NCBI GenBank assembly: GCA_963831915.1
Contig: CAWHRV010000008.1
Location: forward strand, 245,788 to 277,787
Direction of reading: 5' to 3'
Source of the DNA: an uncultured Methanobacteriaceae archaeon
Lineage (GTDB): Archaea; Methanobacteriota; Methanobacteria; Methanobacteriales; Methanobacteriaceae
DNA: 32,000 nt
This document shows, in pieces, positions 19,225 to 25,982 of this stretch. The position numbers and the translations under genes were made by a program. Numbering within the stretch: position 1 is the first letter of the stretch; every line of letters begins with the position of its first letter. The notes under the pieces were generated by a model. The model was given only the letters and a program-made list of their open reading frames with translations, ran no database searches and was not told the DNA's origin.

Positions 19225-20782
19225 TACCGAAGGAAAAAACATTAAAGAAGCTAAAACATCAACTCCCAATCCTGATGTTTACGGGGTTGTTGGTGTCTGT
19301 GGTGTGGTGGGAAACATGCTGGCGAGAATGTTAATTGACCACAACTGTAAGGTACTAGGAACAGACATAAATGGGAAGGATAACTGTGAATACATTTATA
19401 CACTACAGGACTACAATTTACCCCTCTATTTATCAGAACATCCTGAAGCGTTTTTTAAAAATTCAACATTTATCGTGCCCCCTCCAAGTCTTGGCGAAGA
19501 TTCAGAACTTTGTAAAAAAATAAAAAATTATGGATTAGATATTTTAACTGTCGATGATTGCCTTAAAAAATTCAAACCTGAAAAGCCCGTACTATGCATA
19601 ACTGGTACCAATGGTAAAACTACCACCACCACACTTTTAAAACATATATGCCGATCAGCTGGTTTAAATCCTAGTGAACATGGTTTCAGAAATTTACAGG
19701 GAAATATTGATTATATACCTCCATTACAGGCCAGATTAAATGGAGATGTGGCAGTTCTCGAGACAGGAACATTTGGAAATAGTGGAGATATAAAAAAATT
19801 GGTAGAAAGGTGCGAACCAGACTGTGGAATCCTAACCAACATTAACCCTGATCATCTGGATAAAAATCATGACTTCATGAACTACGCAAGAATTAAGGGC
19901 GAATTTGTCGATTACTTCAAAAACAAAAAATTAATAGTAAATTCAGATGATCCTACTGCATTTGGCCTTGTAGATCAAAACACTGATTTTGTTACGTTTG
20001 GAATAGATTCTGACACATTTAGTACTGTGCTAAAAAGATGTTGGTGTGGAAGGGATATCGAATTAAGTGAAACAATTACTGGTTCAGGAGTTTACAGTTG
20101 TGAATGTGGGTTAAATAGACCCGAACCAGACTTTCTTGCAACGGAAATCGATGAAACCCATGGAAGGTTTAAACTCAGAACACCCGAGAGTGTTCTGGAT
20201 GTTGAGATGAAATTAATTGGACTTCATAATGTCTACAATACCATTGGTGCCATTGCAGCTGCAAGAGAATTCTTTGAAATTCCCTATGATGATATAATCC
20301 GTGCAGTTGAAAGTTTTGAGGGGGTTCCTGGTAGAATTGAATATCTATTCAGCCAAAATGGAATGGATATAATCATTGACTACGGTCATAACCCTGCAGG
20401 AATAGAAACTGTTCTTAGGGAAATAAAAAAGGTTTATAATCATATCACCGTAGTAATTACAGTTTCTTCAGAATCTGGAGAATCTGGAGATAGGGAAATA
20501 CTCAAAAAAGCCATGGAATTAGCTGATTTCATTGTACCTGCATCCTTTGCATCGAGGATGGCTGCAGAAAAACATGAGGAATATATTTCTTCAGGAAAGA
20601 TCATATTCACAGACATATCTTTGAAGAAATTTCAAAAAGGTACACTTGGAGCAACATCAGATCAGGTATTAGAAGGCCTAAAAAAAGGTTTAGAGTGTAA
20701 TACTTCCGTTTTAGTATGTCTTGGGGAAGCTGCATTTAAATACAAAGAAAATATTATCAAATTGAATGATTTGAAGTCATAA
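19217..20782 (+). CDS. Mur-ligase family peptide ligase, paralogue C (MurC/D-like N-terminus, internal four-Cys insertion)
   Basis: N-terminal [17 protein letters not shown]-loop [44 protein letters not shown] prefer the ATG at 19217, which gives an 8-nt overlap ATGAGTAG with the ligase B stop and has GAGGAAGG upstream. The longest ORF starts at 19163. Confidence 0.85.
   Translation: MSSTEGKNIKEAKTSTPNPDVYGVVGVCGVVGNMLARMLIDHNCKVLGTDINGKDNCEYIYTLQDYNLPLYLSEHPEAFFKNSTFIVPPPSLGEDSELCKKIKNYGLDILTVDDCLKKFKPEKPVLCITGTNGKTTTTTLLKHICRSAGLNPSEHGFRNLQGNIDYIPPLQARLNGDVAVLETGTFGNSGDIKKLVERCEPDCGILTNINPDHLDKNHDFMNYARIKGEFVDYFKNKKLIVNSDDPTAFGLVDQNTDFVTFGIDSDTFSTVLKRCWCGRDIELSETITGSGVYSCECGLNRPEPDFLATEIDETHGRFKLRTPESVLDVEMKLIGLHNVYNTIGAIAAAREFFEIPYDDIIRAVESFEGVPGRIEYLFSQNGMDIIIDYGHNPAGIETVLREIKKVYNHITVVITVSSESGESGDREILKKAMELADFIVPASFASRMAAEKHEEYISSGKIIFTDISLKKFQKGTLGATSDQVLEGLKKGLECNTSVLVCLGEAAFKYKENIIKLNDLKS
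20471..20488 (+). repeat. In-frame 9-bp tandem duplication inside ligase C
   Basis: GAATCTGGA occurs twice and encodes ESG-ESG. Confidence 0.9.
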
Positions 20783-20913
20783 CTAATTTAGGGTCTGTTT
20801 AATATCATTACATACTATTAAATCTATTAAGATCAGATCAGACTTAAGGATCAGAATGAGATCAAAATAAATATTATAAGTGCATATTGTCAATGCACTA
20901 AATAGGTGAAAGA

Positions 20914-21348
20914 ATGTTCATAAAAATTAGGAGAGATACTTTAATAATTTTATTACTAGCCTTCATGCTCATTGTATCTGGTAGAGTCATGACTTACATG
21001 TCATATGCATCTTCCACAGATGTGGATAAAGGAGTTCAAATTTCAGGAGTTATAATAAAGGGAAACGATATAATCCCCCTTGATTCTATAAAAAATAGTT
21101 TAGCTAATGTTGGATTCAGATCAGGAAGTTATATACAGGGAGATACTTTGGTTACAAGTAAACGTAAAGTTCCCTTGAATGAAGCCATTGAAAATGCTAA
21201 ACAAGCTGCGATGCTTACAACAATACCCGGAACACAGATCACACCAATTGTTGCAGCAGATGTGCAAGTGGATAAAGCAACAGGAATAGTTACTGTAAAT
21301 GTCATTGAAGACTTTTCAAACATCAAAATTAAGGGGCTGAATACATGA
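20914..21348 (+). CDS. Bitopic membrane protein, 144 aa, with a POTRA-like ectodomain (function unknown)
   Basis: AGGTGA Shine-Dalgarno (20904-20909). N-terminal basic stretch then one hydrophobic helix (LIILLLAFMLIVSG). The remainder has a beta-alpha-alpha-beta-beta-looking pattern (ISGVIIKGNDIIPLDSIKNSL ... GIVTVNVIE). The stop overlaps the next start. Confidence 0.7.
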   Translation: MFIKIRRDTLIILLLAFMLIVSGRVMTYMSYASSTDVDKGVQISGVIIKGNDIIPLDSIKNSLANVGFRSGSYIQGDTLVTSKRKVPLNEAIENAKQAAMLTTIPGTQITPIVAADVQVDKATGIVTVNVIEDFSNIKIKGLNT

Positions 21349-22607
21349 ACCGGCCAAAATTAATGTTGTTTTTAATACTTGTATTTACCATTGCTACGGT
21401 TGTTAACACATCATCAGCCACAATGAATGTCGTGGTAATTACAGATCCCACAGGACAAGATCCTAACGGTGCAGCAGCAGGAAGTCAGTCATGGGCTGAA
21501 AACATGTTCCAGTCAACCTTCATACTATCAAAGGAAAAAAACTTCGCTGTTCTATCAGGAGGATATGGAAACGAAACACCCAGACTCGGTGCTATTGTGG
21601 AAACATTAAATAGACTTGAGTCAGGTGCTACTGCAGCGGATGCTGCATCAGCAGCCAGTGGTTTCTCTGGTATAAGGATTATGGTTGGAGGGCCAAAGAT
21701 AGGTGCTGCTGTAGGTGGTTACTTCAGTGCATATGTGGTAACAGTGGCTGCTGACAATACAATTACAGTAACTCCATATGAAAGTGGTCTGGCCACACTT
21801 CCACCGGGACAAAGGGGGGCAATAATACATTTGAGAAACACCCCAGGTAACCCACAATATGGTACAGCTGATGCTGTACGTAAAGATACAGCTATTATGA
21901 TGGGTAAAATGATAAGGGACGGTTATCCTGCCACAGAAATTGTTGGTGCGGCATTTGAAAATGTTGCCAAGAATGCTGGTGAAAAACATGGTGGGGGTGC
22001 AGTGAATCTGGTTTCCGGAATAACTACAGGGGATATGTTCACACCAACTGCATTAAATACAACCGGTTTTTCAATGGATGAACCATACAGTAAGACTTGT
22101 CCGGTTGATGGATGGAGTATTGCTTATCCTGCAGCAGAAAACTATGAAACATGTCCTAATGACGGGACTGCCCTCAAAACTGTATACGCTTATCAAGCTC
22201 TTACAAATGCAATTACAGTGACTGGAAACAGTACATCAGTAGCAGTTTATGGTAGCGATGCACCAGGAATTGCAGAAACCACACAGGAAATAGTAGTAGC
22301 CTCTGTGAAAAAACATGGCTACAGCAGTACCGAGATAGCTAAATCTATTAACAATGCAATTGGTAATGGACTGCTTGTAGGTGTTAATTACGTAGAAGCT
22401 AAGGACATTAATGTAAAGGAAAGCTCCAAAGCAGTTGGTGTTTACTATAAAGCACTGCCGGATAATAGATCATCACCACCATGGAATTTACCAATTAGTT
22501 CCTCAATTTTAGATATTTTAGGGAATATGCAGACGGCTATAGGATTGATATTAGTTATCTTGGTCCTCTTCAGAAGCACTCTAATATCTTCGTTCCTTAA
22601 AAAGTAA
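21345..22607 (+). CDS. Exported protein, 420 aa, Ala/Gly/Thr-rich with a C-terminal membrane anchor (function unknown)
   Basis: ATGA overlap with the upstream gene. Signal-like N-terminus MNRPKLMLFLILVFTIATVVNTSSA. C-terminal hydrophobic helix AIGLILVILVLF followed by basic residues. Several N-x-S/T sequons. A CPxDG...CPNDG pair provides the only two Cys residues. Confidence 0.72.
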   Translation: MNRPKLMLFLILVFTIATVVNTSSATMNVVVITDPTGQDPNGAAAGSQSWAENMFQSTFILSKEKNFAVLSGGYGNETPRLGAIVETLNRLESGATAADAASAASGFSGIRIMVGGPKIGAAVGGYFSAYVVTVAADNTITVTPYESGLATLPPGQRGAIIHLRNTPGNPQYGTADAVRKDTAIMMGKMIRDGYPATEIVGAAFENVAKNAGEKHGGGAVNLVSGITTGDMFTPTALNTTGFSMDEPYSKTCPVDGWSIAYPAAENYETCPNDGTALKTVYAYQALTNAITVTGNSTSVAVYGSDAPGIAETTQEIVVASVKKHGYSSTEIAKSINNAIGNGLLVGVNYVEAKDINVKESSKAVGVYYKALPDNRSSPPWNLPISSSILDILGNMQTAIGLILVILVLFRSTLISSFLKK

Positions 22608-22716
22608 AATTCGGGCATCATGATTTGGTAGGGATAGAAAGTAAATGAAATTCTGTCCTTACATAAATTTATTTTAAAAATTAATATCTAATATTTGTTT
22701 AGAAGGAGTAAAAATA

Positions 22717-23070
22717 ATGGCTTTAATTTTAATACGTGCTGAAGATCAGGGAAAACTATTGAATACAATTGCAGATATTGAGAGACATGCTGGACTTAAA
22801 GTTGCGGGTAAACCTCGGATAATAGATCCAAAAACTGCCGATGCAATTGCCGGGAAAATATTAAAACAAGAACTAAGGTCAAAATCAGATATAGCTGTTC
22901 TTTTACGTGTTGAAGACGACACAACCAAAAGTATAGTGCATATACGAAAAATTCATCCTCCCGCACATGTAATTGTAATTAGTGAGGAGTACAGTGAATT
23001 TAAGGAATTGGAAGAAACATTTCATAGTTTGACCTATCTTAAGGGATACTACTCCCATAAAAATAAGTGA
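22717..23070 (+). CDS. Small soluble hypothetical protein, 117 aa
   Basis: GAAGGAG Shine-Dalgarno 8 nt upstream of the ATG. No TM segment. No motif I can assign. Confidence 0.6.
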   Translation: MALILIRAEDQGKLLNTIADIERHAGLKVAGKPRIIDPKTADAIAGKILKQELRSKSDIAVLLRVEDDTTKSIVHIRKIHPPAHVIVISEEYSEFKELEETFHSLTYLKGYYSHKNK

Positions 23071-23129
23071 ATAATCATGCTTTAATTTTAAAATCGAACT
23101 TTTATTAATTTGAATTAAATGAATATGTC

Positions 23130-23155
23130 AGAATAATGGTTAATTCCATTATTCT
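23130..23155. terminator. Perfect 10-bp inverted repeat between convergent genes
   Basis: AGAATAATGG (23130-23139), loop TTAATT, CCATTATTCT (23146-23155). It lies between the 117-aa gene stop (23070) and the mbf1 stop (23164). Confidence 0.4.
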
Positions 23156-23163
23156 ACTTATAT

Positions 23164-23640
23164 TCAATTTCTTTTTATTCTAGCTATATCTCCAATGGTG
23201 GCTCCTCTTACCTTTGAGTGGCCAGTTTCATCTGCCGAAATATCATCTGATTTTTCAATAAGTGCAACGTGCATTATTTTCTCGATCTTCCTTGCAAGCT
23301 TCAGATCTGGCACCATTTTACCAGATTCTATTCTGTTAACTACTGATGCTTTTTCATAGATTTTCTCTCCAAGTTCTTCACGAGACCAACCTTTCTTCTC
23401 TCTTGCCTGTCTCACGATTTCATTATAATTTTCTACAACTTCTTCAACAGGCTCTATTGGTCTTTGAATTCTTTTGGTTACCTTTCCACCCCTTGGAGCT
23501 CCTGGTCTTTTGGGTTTGGGGGGCTCCCGCTGAACTTTACCAAATTTTGAGCACTCTTTACAAGTAAGCATGATTGAACCATCGACTTTAGTCTTCAGTG
23601 GTTCTTCTACTAATTTTTTTCCACATATCTCGCATCTCAT
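23164..23640 (-). CDS. Archaeal multiprotein-bridging factor 1 (MBF1): N-terminal zinc ribbon plus C-terminal HTH
   Basis: CEICGKK...CKEC zinc ribbon. Basic linker. Cro/C1-type HTH (REKKGWSREELGEKIYEKASVVNRIESGK). Confidence 0.85.
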   Translation of the reverse strand: MRCEICGKKLVEEPLKTKVDGSIMLTCKECSKFGKVQREPPKPKRPGAPRGGKVTKRIQRPIEPVEEVVENYNEIVRQAREKKGWSREELGEKIYEKASVVNRIESGKMVPDLKLARKIEKIMHVALIEKSDDISADETGHSKVRGATIGDIARIKRN

Positions 23641-23779
23641 GACGAATCCCTTTACCTTGTAATCATTATATAATCTATACCCCTATATTTAAATATTATT
23701 AAGGACAATAAATTCAATAAATAATATTAAGTCTTAGAGTATTATTTTTTTTAATAAAAGTTAGGAGTGAGCGAGGATC

Positions 23780-25012
23780 ATGGAAAACATGTCCCCAAAT
23801 GTATTAAAAAAGATTGAAGACCTCAAAACGGAGATAAAAATCCTAAAAGAGGATAACACTAAAACCAAACGTAACCTCATGTGGAAGGTTAGGAAGCTCG
23901 AAAAGGATAAAGTCCTGATCGAAAATGAAAAGATGAGGCTGGACAGAGAAGTAAAATCTCTAAGGGGAGAGATTGAAAGGTTCAGATCACCACCACTAGT
24001 AATTGCTACAGTTACTGAAGTTTTAGACGACGGTAGGGTAGTTGTAAAAAGCAGCACAGGCCCTAATTTTGTTATTGGATATTCACGATTCTTAGATGAA
24101 AAGTCTCTCGAACCTGGTGTTCGTGTGGCGCTTAACCAGCAGACATTTAGTATTGTACACGTTCTGCCATCAGAAAAAGACCCAATAGTTACTGGTATGG
24201 AAGTGGAAGAAAAACCTGATGTTGCATACGAACAGATAGGCGGATTAGAGGAACAAGTAGTAGAAATAAAGGAAACTGTTGAACTACCCCTTAAAAAACC
24301 AGAACTGTTTATCAACATAGGTATAGAACCTCCAAAAGGAGTACTACTTTATGGACCTCCTGGAACCGGAAAAACATTGCTTGCAAAGGCAGTTGCACAC
24401 GAAACAAATGCCACCTTCATAAAGATAGTTGCATCAGAATTCGTTAAAAAGTACATAGGTGAAGGTGCGAGACTTGTAAGGGGTGTTTTCGAACTTGCTA
24501 AGGAGAAATCTCCAAGTATAATTTTCATAGATGAGATTGATGCCATAGCTGCTAAAAGGTTAAAAAGTTCCACCAGCGGAGATAGGGAAGTTCAGAGAAC
24601 ATTAATGCAATTACTTGCTGAAATGGATGGTTTCGAAGGCAGGGGTGATGTTGGGATAGTTGCAGCAACTAACAGACCAGACATACTAGATCCTGCACTT
24701 TTAAGACCTGGACGTTTCGACAGGTTCATCGAAGTTCCAATTCCTAATGAAGATGGTAGAAATGAAATATTGAAGATCCACACTAGAAACATGTCTTTAG
24801 AAGAAGACGTAGACATTAGACATATTGCATCTCTCTCAGAAGGAGCTTCAGGTGCGGATCTAAAAGCCATATGTACTGAGTCGGGTATGTTTGCTATTCG
24901 GGAAGAAAGATCTACTGTTAAAATGAACGATTTCTTGGATGCTGTTGATAAAATAGTTGGCATGGAACACGACGAAGAAATGAAAAAAGAAGCTGGAGTT
25001 ATGTTTGGATAG
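23780..25012 (+). CDS. pan: Proteasome-activating nucleotidase PAN (AAA+ ATPase)
   Basis: N-terminal coiled coil ([19 protein letters not shown]...). OB region. Walker A GPPGTGKT. Walker B IIFIDEID. Second region of homology [27 protein letters not shown] Shine-Dalgarno. Confidence 0.93.
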   Translation: MENMSPNVLKKIEDLKTEIKILKEDNTKTKRNLMWKVRKLEKDKVLIENEKMRLDREVKSLRGEIERFRSPPLVIATVTEVLDDGRVVVKSSTGPNFVIGYSRFLDEKSLEPGVRVALNQQTFSIVHVLPSEKDPIVTGMEVEEKPDVAYEQIGGLEEQVVEIKETVELPLKKPELFINIGIEPPKGVLLYGPPGTGKTLLAKAVAHETNATFIKIVASEFVKKYIGEGARLVRGVFELAKEKSPSIIFIDEIDAIAAKRLKSSTSGDREVQRTLMQLLAEMDGFEGRGDVGIVAATNRPDILDPALLRPGRFDRFIEVPIPNEDGRNEILKIHTRNMSLEEDVDIRHIASLSEGASGADLKAICTESGMFAIREERSTVKMNDFLDAVDKIVGMEHDEEMKKEAGVMFG

Positions 25013-25035
25013 ATCCGAAAACTCCAATTTGTTTA

Positions 25036-25050
25036 TTTTTTTTAAAAAAA
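25036..25050. terminator. T8-A7 tract after pan
   Basis: TTTTTTTTAAAAAAA starts 24 nt after the pan stop. The A-rich half may also serve as a TATA-like element for the sRNA downstream. Confidence 0.45.
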
Positions 25051-25063
25051 TAATTTATTGTTT

Positions 25064-25119
25064 GCCTATGATGAACCCTATGAGCTCTGATACGTGATGA
25101 ATGATGGGCGATCTGAGGC
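25064..25119 (+). ncRNA. Box C/D small RNA (2'-O-methylation guide)
   Basis: GCC-T, then C box ATGATGA (25068-25074), 12-nt guide ACCCTATGAGCT, D' box CTGA (25087-25090) and TAC. Then C' box GTGATGA (25094-25100), 12-nt guide ATGATGGGCGAT, D box CTGA (25113-25116) and GGC. The ends GCC/GGC pair. Total length 56 nt. It is relatively GC-rich inside an AT-rich spacer. Confidence 0.85.
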
Positions 25120-25199
25120 TCTCAATTTAATATTAATAATATTTCTTTATTTTTGAATAATTCTAAAATGAGTCAAAAATTTTATAAAAAAATTTGATT

Positions 25200-25982
25200 C
25201 TAGTATCCAATATTTTCAATAAGATCAGCAACATCGTTAAATACTATTTCTCTTTCTAATTCTGGAATTTTGGGTCTTTTAACTATGATTATTGGAATTT
25301 CAAGCTCAATAGCAGCAGCTATCTTATAATGTGATCCTCCTGTTTCGCCACTTTCTTTGGTTACAACTATTTCTATTGCATACTCTTTCAGTAGGGCTTT
25401 GTTAAATTCTTTTGAAAATGTTCCCTGCATAGCAATAATATTTACCGGTGGAATTCCAAGTTCGAGACATTTTTTTACTGAAAAAACCATCGGGATAATC
25501 CTAACAACAATTAATCCCGGTTGTATCTTCTTGATCATATGATGAAGTGTTGAAACTCCAGCAAAGTGCATTATTTTCCCGTTAATATTGCCCTCATGAA
25601 TTTCCATTGCTTTTTTAGCCGCTTCTTCAAATGTTGAAACCTCAAAAACCTTTTCATGATTTGGAATAGATATTGATGGTCTTTCAAATCGTATGTATTT
25701 AATTCCGGATTTATGCGCTGATTTTATAGCGTTCAAGCTGGCATCAGATGCGAAGGGGTGGGTGGCATCCACCAGCAGATCAATATTATTTACTTCTAAC
25801 AGATCTGTGATCTCCTGCGCCCCCAGACGCCCCACAATAATCTCATCTGCACCAGCAGATATTGCAAGATCACCACCGTACTGTGTGGTTGTGGTGGCAA
25901 TCACTTCAATATCATCATGATCAGCCAGATTACCAATGATACGCATTGCATCAGATGTACCTGCCATTACCATTACCTTCAT
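25200..25982 (-). CDS. cbiJ: Cobalt-precorrin-6A reductase (CbiJ/CobK)
   Basis: N-terminal MKVMVMAGTSDAMRI. The length and the ...TKESG..GG...K... C-terminal pattern are typical of CbiJ. The start overlaps the upstream ATPase stop (ATGA at 25979-25982). Confidence 0.8.
   Translation of the reverse strand: MKVMVMAGTSDAMRIIGNLADHDDIEVIATTTTQYGGDLAISAGADEIIVGRLGAQEITDLLEVNNIDLLVDATHPFASDASLNAIKSAHKSGIKYIRFERPSISIPNHEKVFEVSTFEEAAKKAMEIHEGNINGKIMHFAGVSTLHHMIKKIQPGLIVVRIIPMVFSVKKCLELGIPPVNIIAMQGTFSKEFNKALLKEYAIEIVVTKESGETGGSHYKIAAAIELEIPIIIVKRPKIPELEREIVFNDVADLIENIGY

Noticed and set aside
23761-24318. 185-aa ORF on the minus strand
   Set aside because: It is entirely antisense to the well-supported pan gene. 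It is a Ser/Thr/Leu-rich shadow-frame product with no Shine-Dalgarno.
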